A stretch of DNA of 63,884 nucleotides, the filler included, from an uncultured bacterium (lineage in GTDB: Bacteria > Latescibacterota > UBA2968), in assembly GCA_964471275.1 (NCBI GenBank). It is 4 parts of 4 records of this genome, joined end to end, with 100 filler letters (N's around TTAATTAATTAA, not from the genome) between each part and the next. Parts side by side here need not be neighbours in the genome. Positions count along the whole stretch, not along the records: positions 1 to 17,254 come from CAYYGZ010000088.1; positions 17,355 to 34,498 come from CAYYGZ010000090.1; 2 more parts are not named here. One strand, written 5' to 3'. Under the pieces are notes generated by a model that was not told the DNA's origin, made no database searches, and saw only the letters and a program-made list of their open reading frames with translations. A program made the position numbers and the translations under genes. Of this stretch, positions 8,712-22,835 are shown one piece after another. Numbering within the stretch: the first letter of the stretch is position 1; the number at the start of each line of letters is the position of its first letter.

Positions 8712-11393
8712 TCAGCTCTTCGCGAAATCCCGCAGCACTGTATGCAGAATCCCGCCATTCCGGTAGTAATCAACTTCCACCGGTGTATCGATCCGGACAG
8801 TCGCGTTGAAAACGGTCTCACCATCTGCGCCCGACGCGGTGACTGTCGCATCTTGTAGGGGCTCCAGATCCACGGCGATATCCGTTATCGCGAACGTCTC
8901 CTGACCGGTCAAACCGAGCGACTCGGCCGAATCCCCATCCTTGAACTGGAGCGGCAGCACACCCATACCAACCAGGTTGCTTCTGTGAATGCGCTCGAAG
9001 CTCTGTGCGATGACAGCCCGGATGCCCTGCAGGGCGGGACCTTTCGCGGCCCAGTCTCGAGAAGATCCAGTACCATACTCCTTCCCGGCCAGAACAATGG
9101 ATGGCGTCCCTTCCGCCTGGTATCGCATCGCACAGTCGTAGATACTCATGGATTCTCCGCTGGGGACGTGAACCGTCACCCCGCCCTCTGTTTCCGGCGC
9201 CATAAGATTCCGGATCCGGATGTTCGCAAAGGTACCGCGCATCATCACTTCGTGATTGCCCCGTCGTGAGCCGTAAGAGTTGAAGTCCTTCGCCTCGACA
9301 CCTTTCTCCAGCAAATACTTTCCGGCCGGACTGTCTGCGGCGATGCTGCCGGCTGGTGAGATATGGTCAGTCGTGACCGAATCACCCAGAACGGCAAGTA
9401 CTTTGGCGCCGGCGATGTCCGTGATTGGCGAGACTTCACGAGACAGGTTCTGGAAGAACGGCGGCTCTTGGACATACGTGCTGTCGGTATTCCACCCGTA
9501 GAGATCAGCGTCCTGTCCGGAGATAGCGTTCCACATCACATTCCCCTCGAAGACGTTGCCATACCGTTCGGCGAACATCTCCGGCTTGAGGGATTGCGCG
9601 ACTGTATCCGCAACTTCCTTCTGGCTTGGCCAGATCTCCTTCAGATAGACATCATTCCCGTCCGAATCCTGACCGATCGGTTCCTTGACCAGATCCATAT
9701 CGATCCGGCCCGCAATCGCGTAAGCCACAACCAGCGGCGGTGATGCGAGGTAGTTCGCCTTCACGTGCGGATTCACCCGACCCTCGAAGTTGCGATTGCC
9801 CGAAAGTACGGAAGCAGCAACCAGGTCCCCCTCGTTGATCGCTTCGAGAACCGGATCGGGCAACGGACCACTGTTGCCAATACACGTCGTGCAGCCATAG
9901 CCGACTGTGTGGAAACCGAGCGCCTCCAGGTGCTCGGTCAAACCGGCTTCGTCCAGGTAATCCGTGACAACCCGCGATCCAGGTGCCAGACTGGTCTTGA
10001 CGTAGTCGGGCACCTTGAGTCCACGCTCCGCGGCTTTCTTCGCCAGCAGGCCTGCGGCCACCATCACCGACGGGTTGCTCGTGTTCGTGCAACTCGTAAT
10101 TGCGGCAATGACGACGGCACCGTGTCCGATGACCGTGCTCCTGTTAAGTGAGACATTCACCTGCTGAGTTCGTTCGACTGCGTTCAGTCCGAAGCCACCG
10201 TTCCCCACAGGAGATTCCAGGGCATCCTCAAATCCTGGTTTCATCCTGCCCAGCGGAATCCGGTCCTGCGGACGTTTCGGGCCTGCCAAGCTCGGCTGCA
10301 CAGTCGACAGATCCAGCTCTAAACCATCTGTAAACTCGGGCTCAGGACTGCTGTCGGTCCGGAAGAGGCCCTGTTCCTTCGCATACCGCTCGACCAGATC
10401 AATCTCCTCGGGTGTGCGGCTTGTCCGCTCGAGGAACCTCAGTGTTTCGTCATCGATCGGGAAATAGCCCATCGTCGCGCCATACTCGGGCGCCATATTC
10501 GCGACTGTGGCACGATCGGCCAGCGCGATGGCGCTCAGACCTGATCCGTAGAATTCAACAAACTTCCCAACGACGCCCTTCTCCCGAAGCATCTCAACAA
10601 CCATCAGCGCCAGATCCGTTGCAGTCGCGCCCTCGGGGAGGCCACCATCGAGTTTGAACCCGATAACCTCGGGAGTGAGCATATAGATGGGTTGACCGAG
10701 CATCACGGCCTCGGCCTCGATACCCCCGACACCCCATCCCAATACTCCCAGCCCGTTGATCATCGTCGTGTGCGAATCCGTCCCCACAAGGCTATCTGGC
10801 AGTGCTACACCGTCACGCTGCACCACCCCCTTGGCCAGATACTCCAGGTTGACCTGATGCACGATGCCGGTTGAGGGTGGAACGACCCGGAAGCTCTCGA
10901 ACGCGTTGGATCCCCATCTCAGGAACTCATAGCGCTCATTGTTCCGCTCGAATTCGATCTCCACATTCTGCTGAAGAGCAAGCGAAGAGGCGAAGCGGTC
11001 AACCTGAACCGAGTGATCAACGACGAGATCCGCGGGAATCAGGGGCTCGATCCGCTTGGGATCACCGCCCAGCCGATCCATCGCACTCCTCAGCGCAGCC
11101 AGATCGACAAGGGATGGCACCCCCGTGAAATCCTGCAGGACAACTCGTGCTGGTTTGAAAGGGATCTCGGTCTGGGCAGGTGCTTTCGCATTCCACGTGG
11201 CCAGACCGGTGACATCAGTCTCGTTGACCTGGTAGCCATCGAGATTCCGCAGTGCGGCTTCAAGCAGAACCTTGATGCTCATCGGTAGACGTGACACATC
11301 GGCTTCAAGACGGTCGAGGCGGAAAATGGTGACATCGCCCCCCTTTGTTTGGAGGACGTCACGGGAATTCAGGGGATTGTGTGTGTCACTCAT
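8712..11393 (-). CDS. acnA: Aconitate hydratase A
   Basis: [49 protein letters not shown] 11393 after GAGGA. Confidence 0.98.
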   Translation of the reverse strand: MSDTHNPLNSRDVLQTKGGDVTIFRLDRLEADVSRLPMSIKVLLEAALRNLDGYQVNETDVTGLATWNAKAPAQTEIPFKPARVVLQDFTGVPSLVDLAALRSAMDRLGGDPKRIEPLIPADLVVDHSVQVDRFASSLALQQNVEIEFERNNERYEFLRWGSNAFESFRVVPPSTGIVHQVNLEYLAKGVVQRDGVALPDSLVGTDSHTTMINGLGVLGWGVGGIEAEAVMLGQPIYMLTPEVIGFKLDGGLPEGATATDLALMVVEMLREKGVVGKFVEFYGSGLSAIALADRATVANMAPEYGATMGYFPIDDETLRFLERTSRTPEEIDLVERYAKEQGLFRTDSSPEPEFTDGLELDLSTVQPSLAGPKRPQDRIPLGRMKPGFEDALESPVGNGGFGLNAVERTQQVNVSLNRSTVIGHGAVVIAAITSCTNTSNPSVMVAAGLLAKKAAERGLKVPDYVKTSLAPGSRVVTDYLDEAGLTEHLEALGFHTVGYGCTTCIGNSGPLPDPVLEAINEGDLVAASVLSGNRNFEGRVNPHVKANYLASPPLVVAYAIAGRIDMDLVKEPIGQDSDGNDVYLKEIWPSQKEVADTVAQSLKPEMFAERYGNVFEGNVMWNAISGQDADLYGWNTDSTYVQEPPFFQNLSREVSPITDIAGAKVLAVLGDSVTTDHISPAGSIAADSPAGKYLLEKGVEAKDFNSYGSRRGNHEVMMRGTFANIRIRNLMAPETEGGVTVHVPSGESMSIYDCAMRYQAEGTPSIVLAGKEYGTGSSRDWAAKGPALQGIRAVIAQSFERIHRSNLVGMGVLPLQFKDGDSAESLGLTGQETFAITDIAVDLEPLQDATVTASGADGETVFNATVRIDTPVEVDYYRNGGILHTVLRDFAKS

Positions 11394-11574
11394 GTCGGTC
11401 CTCGTTAACGTTTGCGTGTCGGTCTGCCACGGCCCCACAAGATTGTGCATGAATCAAGATCCCGAAAGTCCCAATTGGCATCACAACCCGTGGATCGTGT
11501 CGGATAGCCTTTGTGAATGAACAGAATCTAGCTACATTGACAAATTACAAAAGCGAATCATTCGACTATAATTA

Positions 11575-11589
11575 ATTCCCAAATAGAAT
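11575..11589. promoter_or_regulatory. Putative LysR recognition site
   Basis: ATTC-N7-GAAT (T-N11-A) palindrome in the AT-rich acnA/LysR divergent region. Confidence 0.5.
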
Positions 11590-11592
11590 GAT

Positions 11593-12480
11593 ATGATCAC
11601 AAATATCGAGGCACTGTCGGCGTTGTCGGAGCTCGGTACCATGACAAAAGCCGCGACACAACTGCGGATAACGCAGTCCGCTGTGAGCAAGCGCATCGCT
11701 GCTCTGGAGTCCTCCACCGGTCATCGGTTGATCGAACGGGTGGGGCGCGGGGTCCGCCTGACACCTGATGGCGTTTCGCTTCTCGAAAAGACCGAGCCCT
11801 TCATGACCGCACTTCGTGATGCGCTCACAGAGGACCGCCCAGCAGGCAGCGAACGACTGGAGATCGGCGTGGCAGAATCCATCCTTGCCTCCTGGGGTGC
11901 AGAGGTCCTTGCCAGGGTCCGGCGCGCCAATCCACGGCTGTCTCTGGTCGTCAACGCACATCGGAGTCCGGTCGCACTCGATCACGTCAGATCCGGGGAG
12001 TATGTCCTCGCGCTCTGTGCAGGGCTCGCCGAAGATACACCAGAGCTCCGATCAGAAATCGTCCTCGAGGAACCTATGGTGATCGTTCCGAGGGGACTCG
12101 AGCCGCTCGAGCTTTCTGGAGATATCTCCGTGATGACGATCGAACCGCATTCGGAAACCTGGCAATGCGTCGGCCGCCGAATTCGAGCAGCATCCAGAGA
12201 CTGGCCGTTCCGGATAGAGGTCACACAAACATTACAGTCCTTCGCGTGTATCGCCCAGATGGCGAAATGTGGCCTCGCGCACGGCCTCGTCCCGGTGGGA
12301 ATCGCAGGAGCGCTCGGGAGTCCTGAGTCAAGAATACTCACGTTCCCGGGTCTCGGATTGACCCGGCCGGTCAGCCTCGTCGGACGCAGTTCGTCCTTCG
12401 CGCGTCCGATCGTCGAGTCCTTCCATGATTCCCTGATTCAGGCGATCTCCGAAATCGTGGTGACGGACTTGCCTCATTAG
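11593..12480 (+). CDS. LysR-family transcriptional regulator
   Basis: N-terminal HTH TMTKAATQLRITQSAVSKRIAALE; 295 aa; divergent from acnA. Confidence 0.95.
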   Translation: MITNIEALSALSELGTMTKAATQLRITQSAVSKRIAALESSTGHRLIERVGRGVRLTPDGVSLLEKTEPFMTALRDALTEDRPAGSERLEIGVAESILASWGAEVLARVRRANPRLSLVVNAHRSPVALDHVRSGEYVLALCAGLAEDTPELRSEIVLEEPMVIVPRGLEPLELSGDISVMTIEPHSETWQCVGRRIRAASRDWPFRIEVTQTLQSFACIAQMAKCGLAHGLVPVGIAGALGSPESRILTFPGLGLTRPVSLVGRSSSFARPIVESFHDSLIQAISEIVVTDLPH

Positions 12481-12596
12481 AAATCTATCATCGCTTGCGG
12501 CAAGCCAAACAGGTATGTTCACCGTTCGCGATGTCCGGTGCCGCCGGATCGTGATCTGGACAGACGACTCCCAAAAAATACGTCAACAGGTATCAC

Positions 12597-14159
12597 ATGA
12601 GAAACCGATTTACGGGCTTGATCATCCTCGATGGATGGGGCCTGAACACGAAAGCGGATTACAACGCAGTCGCTCAAGCCTCGACGCCGACGATGGACCG
12701 GATCATCAAGCAGTTTCCCTACGCGACGCTCCGCACATCCGGCCGAAACGTCGGTCTACCGGACGGCTTGATGGGCAACTCGGAGGTCGGCCACCTGAAT
12801 CTGGGTGCCGGACGAGTCGTCACGCAGGCGATGACCCGGATCGAGGACAGCATCAACGACGGCACATTCAAGACAAATCCGGCGCTCGTTGCCGCGATGG
12901 ATCGTGTTGCTGGATCAGATCGCAGTCTTCACTTGCTCGGGCTCGTATCGGACGGCGGCGTGCACTCGTGGCCGACTCATTACCAGGGACTCCTCGAGCT
13001 GGCACAGCAGCGCGGCGTCGCTGCCGATCGGATCTACTTGCACGCGTTCTTGGACGGACGTGACACGCCCCCAAAGAGCGGGATCGATCGCGTCCGGGAT
13101 CTCGAAGCGTTTATCAAACAGATCGGCGTTGGTGCAATTGCATCGGTGTGCGGTCGGTACTACGCGATGGATCGCGACCAGAGATGGGAACGAACACAGT
13201 TGGCCTACGACCTGCTTGCGGAGGGCAGAGGTAGTGAGTTTCGCTCGGCCTCGGAGGCTATCGAGTCTGCCTATGCAGGCGGTGTGACAGATGAATTCGT
13301 CAATCCGTCGGTAGTGGTGGACGCAGGGGGTAGTCCCCTGGCGCCCGTCGAAGATGGTGACGCGATGATCTTCTTCAACTTCAGGGGCGACCGACCCCGA
13401 CAGATCACACGAGCCTTCACGGACGATGCCTTCAATGGCTTTGACCGCACCAAATATCCGAACGTCCACTACACCTCTCTCACACGGTATGAGGAAAGCC
13501 TTCCCGTCGATGGCATTGCCTTCCCGCCGGAGATTCTCTCCCAGAATATGCCGAACATCTTCGGTCAAGCCGTCAGCGACGCCGGCAAGAAGCAGCTCAG
13601 GATCGCGGAAACGGAGAAGTATGCGCACGTCACGTTCTTCTTCAACGGCCAACGAGAGGAACCGTATGACGGTGAAAACCGGATCCTGGTTCCTTCCCCG
13701 AAAGACGTGCCGACATACGATCATAAACCCGAGATGAGCGCGCCGGAGATAGCGGCCAACCTGTCAGAATCCATCCGATCGGGCGAGCACGACGTGGCCA
13801 TCTGTAATTTCGCAAACCCCGACATGGTCGGCCACACGGGGATACTGGAGGCTGCGACCGAGGCGGTCATGACGGTCGATCATTGCCTAAATCAGGTGCT
13901 TGACGCCGTCCAGGCGGTCGACGGTGCGGTCATCGTCACGGCCGATCACGGAAATGCGGAGCAGATGATCCACTACGAAACGGGTGAACCACACACGGCA
14001 CACACGACAAACGAAGTCCCTCTGGTGCTCGTGGATACTCGGTTCGGTGGGACGCTGCGGCCAGGTGGCGCGCTATGCGACATCTCCCCCACGCTGCTCG
14101 GCATGATGGGCATGGAACAGCCTGCCGAGATGACAGGACGGGACCTCAGACAGGGCTGA
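12597..14159 (+). CDS. gpmI: 2,3-BPG-independent phosphoglycerate mutase
   Basis: LIILDGWG, MGNSEVGH, DGRDT, AETEKYAHVT, ADHGNAE. Confidence 0.98.
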   Translation: MRNRFTGLIILDGWGLNTKADYNAVAQASTPTMDRIIKQFPYATLRTSGRNVGLPDGLMGNSEVGHLNLGAGRVVTQAMTRIEDSINDGTFKTNPALVAAMDRVAGSDRSLHLLGLVSDGGVHSWPTHYQGLLELAQQRGVAADRIYLHAFLDGRDTPPKSGIDRVRDLEAFIKQIGVGAIASVCGRYYAMDRDQRWERTQLAYDLLAEGRGSEFRSASEAIESAYAGGVTDEFVNPSVVVDAGGSPLAPVEDGDAMIFFNFRGDRPRQITRAFTDDAFNGFDRTKYPNVHYTSLTRYEESLPVDGIAFPPEILSQNMPNIFGQAVSDAGKKQLRIAETEKYAHVTFFFNGQREEPYDGENRILVPSPKDVPTYDHKPEMSAPEIAANLSESIRSGEHDVAICNFANPDMVGHTGILEAATEAVMTVDHCLNQVLDAVQAVDGAVIVTADHGNAEQMIHYETGEPHTAHTTNEVPLVLVDTRFGGTLRPGGALCDISPTLLGMMGMEQPAEMTGRDLRQG

Positions 14160-14289
14160 CCGGCCGGATCCGCGCGGGTCAATTTGGTCTTGGGCACCGA
14201 GCAAACTTCCCTATCTTTAGGGGCCTTTAGACCCTTTATCAGACCATCAACGGTGACGACACAACGGCAGCACCATCAAGGAGTGCGGA

Positions 14290-15453
14290 ATGAAGATTCA
14301 TGAATTCCAGGCCAAACAGATCCTAGCGAAATTCGGCATCCCCATCCCGAGCGGAAAGGTTGCCTACACCCCGGCAGAGGCAAGATCAGTGGCCGAGGAG
14401 CTGGGTGGCAAGGTCGTCGTCAAAGCCCAGATTCACGCAGGGGGTCGCGGCAAAGGCGGGGGTGTAAAGCTCGCGTCCGATGCGGCGGAGGCCGAGGAGC
14501 ACGCCGAAGAGATCATCGAAATGCAGCTGATTACACATCAGACAGGACCTGAGGGTCAGAAGGTCAAGCAGGTCCTGGTCGAAGAAGCAACGGATATTGA
14601 CCGGGAGCTGTATCTCGGCATTGTCCTGGATCGCGCCACTTCAAGCCTTGTTGTGATGGCGTCGCAGGCCGGTGGGATGGATATCGAACAGGTTGCGGAA
14701 GAGACACCTGAGAAGATCCTCAAAGAGACGATCGACCCCGGGATCGGACTGCAGGCCTTCCAGGCAAGGCGTCTGGCATTCGGACTTGGGCTCGAGGGAG
14801 ATGCCTTCAAGCAGGGGGTCCGGTTCATAGCCACACTCGCGAAAACCTTCGAGGCAACGGATAGTTCACTCGCCGAGATCAACCCGCTTGTCGTCACCAA
14901 AGACAACCAGATCGTCGCCCTCGACGCGAAGATCAACATCGACGACAATGCGCTGTACTTACACAAGGATATCCAGGAACTGCGGGACAAGGACGAAGAG
15001 GATCCGCTCGAAGTCGAAGCTTCCGAGTTCGAACTCAACTACATCAAGCTTGACGGTGAGGTGGGATGCATGGTCAACGGCGCAGGTCTGGCCATGGCCA
15101 CGATGGACATCATCAAGTACGCGGGATCCTCACCGGCTAACTTTCTGGACGTCGGTGGGGGAACCAACGTCGAGCGTGTTCGAAATGCCTTCAGAATTCT
15201 GATTTCCGACACCGATGTCCGGGCCGTCTTTATCAACATCTTCGGGGGCATCGTTCGATGCGATCGGGTTGCGCAGGGCGTGGTTGAGGCTTTGGGAACG
15301 CTGGATGTCAAGATTCCGCTCATTGTCCGACTTCAGGGAACGAATGCCGAGGAAGGCGCAAGAATTCTTGACGAATCAGATCTGGAGTTTACGGTTGCCC
15401 TAGAGTTGAGGGAAGCGGCGCAAGCTGTCGCATCTGCGGTAAAGGCCGCCTGA
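14290..15453 (+). CDS. sucC: Succinyl-CoA ligase beta subunit
   Basis: MKIHEFQAK, KAQIHAGGRGKGGG, NGAGLAMATMD, NIFGGIVRCD. Confidence 0.97.
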   Translation: MKIHEFQAKQILAKFGIPIPSGKVAYTPAEARSVAEELGGKVVVKAQIHAGGRGKGGGVKLASDAAEAEEHAEEIIEMQLITHQTGPEGQKVKQVLVEEATDIDRELYLGIVLDRATSSLVVMASQAGGMDIEQVAEETPEKILKETIDPGIGLQAFQARRLAFGLGLEGDAFKQGVRFIATLAKTFEATDSSLAEINPLVVTKDNQIVALDAKINIDDNALYLHKDIQELRDKDEEDPLEVEASEFELNYIKLDGEVGCMVNGAGLAMATMDIIKYAGSSPANFLDVGGGTNVERVRNAFRILISDTDVRAVFINIFGGIVRCDRVAQGVVEALGTLDVKIPLIVRLQGTNAEEGARILDESDLEFTVALELREAAQAVASAVKAA

Positions 15454-15486
15454 CCGAGCACGGACTGCATTCATAGACGAATTTAT

Positions 15487-15520
15487 AACGGGACTGTCTT
15501 CACGACAGTCCCGTTTCTTT
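15487..15520 (+). terminator. Intrinsic terminator after sucC
   Basis: AACGGGACTGTC-ttcac-GACAGTCCCGTT then TCTTT. Confidence 0.85.
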
Positions 15521-15646
15521 GTACGCACGAAAGATCTGCCAAATACAGCCTTTCGTCTGCCATATCGGCACATGTTCATGTCGTCTCATCAAAGCTAACT
15601 ATGTACAAATTACTGTAAAGTCTTCAATTACATATCTTTGATTATA

Positions 15647-15662
15647 TGGAACGTCACTTGCT
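15647..15662 (+). promoter_or_regulatory. Putative sigma-54 (-24/-12) promoter of dnaK
   Basis: TGGAACG-TCAC-TTGCT, GG-N10-GC spacing, one mismatch to TGGCACG-N4-TTGCW. Confidence 0.65.
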
Positions 15663-15749
15663 CACTCAGTGGGAGGCCCGATCAGGACTCGGCCCCATAC
15701 TTAGGTATAGAAACTACCCAAGCAGCATCAACTGAACGAAGGAGTATAG

Positions 15750-17254
<1,505 letters not shown>

Positions 17255-17354
17255 NNNNNNNNNNNNNNNNNNNNNNNNNNNNNNNNNNNNNNNNNNNNTT
17301 AATTAATTAANNNNNNNNNNNNNNNNNNNNNNNNNNNNNNNNNNNNNNNNNNNN
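17255..17354. other. Artificial contig-joining spacer
   Basis: N44-TTAATTAATTAA-N44, stops in all six frames. Confidence 0.97.
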
Positions 17355-17468
17355 GAACCGAAATGGGGAAACGTTCAATTTGGCTGGCGCACACGGCTGA
17401 TCAATTCTTCACATCCCGATTCACGACAGCGGTTTCGACTTACCCAACCACTTCCCCCTGGCCACGCA

Positions 17469-18077
17469 TCAGGCTTGCCAATCGTTGTAGACAAAAGCGT
17501 TCTGAATGGGTACGGACTCTTCCTTCTCTATCGTGTCTAGCATCTCCAGCAGTCGCGACCTGTAATTCTCTTCAACTGGCAGTTCGTTTTCCAGCTGACT
17601 GCCCTCTTCCAGGAAGTGCTTGAAGTCACGCCCCAAGGCACGACCTTTTTCGGTGTGCTTGTCGAACGCATAATCCGGAATCTCGGGCTTCTGCCCGTGG
17701 GCAAAACCGAGCTTGACGATATTCTTCAGATTGTCGCTGGTACGATCCTTCCTGGCTGCAGCCAGGAAGCGGATGGCGTGGACAAAGAAGAGCGGACGAT
17801 CCCCGTCAGGATAGGGGAAGTCCTGGCGCATCTGGTTGAGGGTGTGGATCAGTACGGGTGCGCTCAGGTCCCCAAAACCGACATCCTCCACCGATATGGC
17901 TTGTAGCCTGCGCCACAGTTTGTCCTCAAACTGCTCACTGGTGATATACATCTCGTATGCAAAGGTCGTTGCTTCCTCGGCCAGTCCTCGACGGATCGAT
18001 TTCTGGAGTGCCGAGATGACCAGATCTCCCTGAATCCCGTTCCGGGTCGTAACGTTACCCCACGGATCATACGCCAT
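17469..18077 (-). CDS. Stand-alone RarA/MgsA C-terminal-like helical protein without ATPase domain
   Basis: ISALQKSIRRG..LWRRLQAISVEDVG resembles the MgsA post-AAA region; no Walker A; AAGGAG RBS. Confidence 0.65.
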   Translation of the reverse strand: MAYDPWGNVTTRNGIQGDLVISALQKSIRRGLAEEATTFAYEMYITSEQFEDKLWRRLQAISVEDVGFGDLSAPVLIHTLNQMRQDFPYPDGDRPLFFVHAIRFLAAARKDRTSDNLKNIVKLGFAHGQKPEIPDYAFDKHTEKGRALGRDFKHFLEEGSQLENELPVEENYRSRLLEMLDTIEKEESVPIQNAFVYNDWQA

Positions 18078-18722
18078 GAATTCACTCCTTGTTACACGTT
18101 GTTGACTACGTTGACCGTAGCCGATAGGTGTGTCTCATATCGGATCACCAGCTGCCGCGCTGTGGCAGGATCCAGCGCTAGCAGAGGGCCACTTGAACAC
18201 GCCACTCGTTCTCAGACGGTCCCCGGGGTCCGGGCAGGTATATGTTAAGTCGCTCAGGAGTTTTGTGCGAGGCGTTTGCTGATTTCTGTGACCACGAGGA
18301 CCTCGGGCACTTCTAGGAGTCGCCCGCGCTCACATATGCGTAGGCGCTGCGCATTCCGCCCTGATCTCCTGGATCATCTGCTCGGTCGCTTGGGACCGAG
18401 CAGGACGTCACCAAACTCGAGCTTCGGGCCGTTGTCGATACGCGTGTCACTGGCTCCGGATCGGCAAAGGACACCACAGATGATACTGCTCACAGGATGT
18501 CGATCGGTGCCAACATCCCGGGCGGCACGCAACGTGCGACAATCTATGGCAGATCGGCGGACCTTCCGAATACCACCCACGGTTGCCAACACGGATTGCG
18601 ACTGGATGCTGCCACGATAGAGTTTGTATGTCACGGAAAGGCACCATTGTATCAAACAGCGATCTCACCTTAATTACCGGGGTCAGAGGACCTAGATCGG
18701 ACGTCATGCAGATATAATAAAG

Positions 18723-18750
18723 AGGCTTACGCAAGTATCTGCGTAAGCCT
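18723..18750 (-). terminator. Hairpin downstream of tRNA-Ala
   Basis: AGGCTTACGCA-N6-TGCGTAAGCCT with T-rich tail on minus strand. Confidence 0.7.
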
Positions 18751-18762
18751 TTGGTTTTCTAT

Positions 18763-18838
18763 TGGTGGAGCCGAGGGGGATCGAACCCCTGACCTCCTGA
18801 ATGCCATTCAGGCGCTCTCCCATCTGAGCTACGGCCCC
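18763..18838 (-). tRNA. tRNA-Ala (GGC)
   Basis: Minus strand GGGGCCGTAGCTCAGATGGGAGAGCGCCTGAATGGCATTCAGGAGGTCAGGGGTTCGATCCCCCTCGGCTCCACCA; cloverleaf, encoded CCA. Confidence 0.98.
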
Positions 18839-18853
18839 GTGCTATGCGGCTTT

Positions 18854-18882
18854 AGTCTATGCGATTGCGATTTCGCTGTCAA
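18854..18882 (-). promoter_or_regulatory. Sigma-70 promoter of tRNA-Ala
   Basis: TTGACA-N17-TAGACT on minus strand. Confidence 0.8.
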
Positions 18883-18937
18883 GCCAAAACAGCCGAAATA
18901 CTCGGCTAACATGCTGTTTCTATGTGTGATACCTAGA

Positions 18938-21314
<2,377 letters not shown>

Positions 21315-21340
21315 GGTTCCTCACTTCGTTGAACCAAAGA

Positions 21341-21847
21341 TTAGTCGGCGAGTGATGGTGTGTCAAGATAGCGGCAAGCAAAAAAGGTCCCCGAGTTTTT
21401 TTCGAGGACCTTGATTCTGATGATCTGAAAGCTGAATTCCGACCCCTGATTCCGGGCTGAACTCAAATGCTTTACCCGTGGTGGGCCGCCAAACTGAGTG
21501 GGAGGTCTGTTCGCCAGCCCATCTTGAGAGGGCGGCTCTACCGACTCCGGTGGGGGTGTCGGTTTGTGCAACTCTTCCTTCAGCAGTTTGCCCGGACGGA
21601 AGTGGGTCTTGCGTCGAGCCGGAACATAGATGACTTGCCCAGTCCTGGGGTTGCGTGCGGCCGGTTTTGGCCGGGTCTCCTTTACCTGGAAGACGCCGAA
21701 ACCGCGAATCTCGATTCGCTGAGCCTTCATCAGGCTCTCCCGCATGGCCTCGAAGACCGTATCCACCATGTCAGAAGCGAGATTCTTCTTGCATCCCGTC
21801 TCCTGTGAGACCATCAGCGCAAGTTCCTTCTTGGTGGTCGTGCCCAA
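21341..21847 (-). CDS. HU/IHF-family DNA-binding protein with Pro-rich C-terminal tail
   Basis: IEIRGFGVF..ARNPRTG..FRPGKLLK; TTG start after GGAGGT. Confidence 0.92.
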   Translation of the reverse strand: MGTTTKKELALMVSQETGCKKNLASDMVDTVFEAMRESLMKAQRIEIRGFGVFQVKETRPKPAARNPRTGQVIYVPARRKTHFRPGKLLKEELHKPTPPPESVEPPSQDGLANRPPTQFGGPPRVKHLSSARNQGSEFSFQIIRIKVLEKNSGTFFACRYLDTPSLAD

Positions 21848-21928
21848 GACAACACCTCCAAAGTTACCTGAACGGAGCATCCGCGAGGCTTGTAAGACCG
21901 CGAGTTCAGAAACTTACAAACACACGTT

Positions 21929-21957
21929 AAGTTAGCATAATCAAGGGTTTGTGTCAA
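21929..21957 (-). promoter_or_regulatory. Putative sigma-70 promoter of HU/IHF gene
   Basis: TTGACA-N17-TAACTT on minus strand. Confidence 0.55.
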
Positions 21958-21979
21958 GGAACCGCGTTGATTCGCGTGC

Positions 21980-22819
21980 TCACCACAGCACGGAGTCGAG
22001 CAGGAATGCCGCGATCCCGATGAGCATACCCGCTTTCAGCAAGCTGCTGGGGGCCGCCAGTTCGTCTTCAGTTCCGGCTTGCCACAGGAGGCAGATCGTA
22101 AGCAACAACATCGCGCACAATCCCAGGCATACCAGCAGGTAAATTGGACCGACGATACCCCAGAATGCTGGTAGGGGAATCGATATCGCCAGACCACCCA
22201 GAAGTACAGATACCAGTACCTTGGACAGGTGGTTTCCGGCGACGACGGGCAGCGTCTTCCCGTGAATCATCCGGTCACCAGACTGGTCCTGGATGTCCTT
22301 CAGGATTTCGCGACTCAGGTGGAAGACGGTTGCGAGCGCAGAGGGAAGAAGAGCGGGGCCAGGATGTCCGACTGACAGACCGCCGAACACGAAGGGACTC
22401 CCACCCACGAGCGCGACAACGACGTTGCCCGCCAGCGGCAGCCGTTTGAGGTAGAGGTTGTAGAGCGTCAGTGTAAGAGTAATGCCGATCGCGGCCAGGA
22501 GACACGAACGGGGAAGGATACTGCTCAGCACGATGCCGCCCGCGTAGCCGAAAGCTGAGAGGGCCCGGGCGAAGCTCGGTGGGAGTTCACGACGAGGTAG
22601 CGGCCGGTGCGGATGGCTGACTCGGTCTGCGGCGATGTCGATGAGATCGTTCTGGATGTAGCCGGCGGCAGCGATCAGTGCGGCCGAGAGCGAGGCCACG
22701 AACATCTCGGGCTGTAGTTGAAGCAGAGCCAGCCATCCCCCGAGGAGGACGGCACAGGAGGTGATCCATATGTTTAGGGGGCGGATGAGCCGAACTATTG
22801 GGAATAAGTAGGAGATCAT
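21980..22819 (-). CDS. UbiA-family prenyltransferase, DGGGP-synthase-like
   Basis: RPLN, NDLIDIAADRVSHPHRPLP, LKRLPLAGNVVVA, REILKDIQDQSGD..TLP; multiple TMs. Confidence 0.8.
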   Translation of the reverse strand: MISYLFPIVRLIRPLNIWITSCAVLLGGWLALLQLQPEMFVASLSAALIAAAGYIQNDLIDIAADRVSHPHRPLPRRELPPSFARALSAFGYAGGIVLSSILPRSCLLAAIGITLTLTLYNLYLKRLPLAGNVVVALVGGSPFVFGGLSVGHPGPALLPSALATVFHLSREILKDIQDQSGDRMIHGKTLPVVAGNHLSKVLVSVLLGGLAISIPLPAFWGIVGPIYLLVCLGLCAMLLLTICLLWQAGTEDELAAPSSLLKAGMLIGIAAFLLDSVLW

Positions 22820-22835
22820 CTCGGACTCCCGGGCA

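Noticed and set aside
11537..11572. TTGACA and TATAAT upstream of LysR
   Set aside because: Spacing is 24 nt, too long for one sigma-70 promoter
17255..17354. TTAATTAATTAA palindrome repeated three times within N runs
   Set aside because: Identical 100-nt artificial six-frame-stop spacers; not biological, and cross-spacer gene adjacency is invalid
21341..21480. Extra C-terminal domain on HU/IHF
   Set aside because: Low-complexity tail running into probable promoter DNA of the next gene; no recognisable domain
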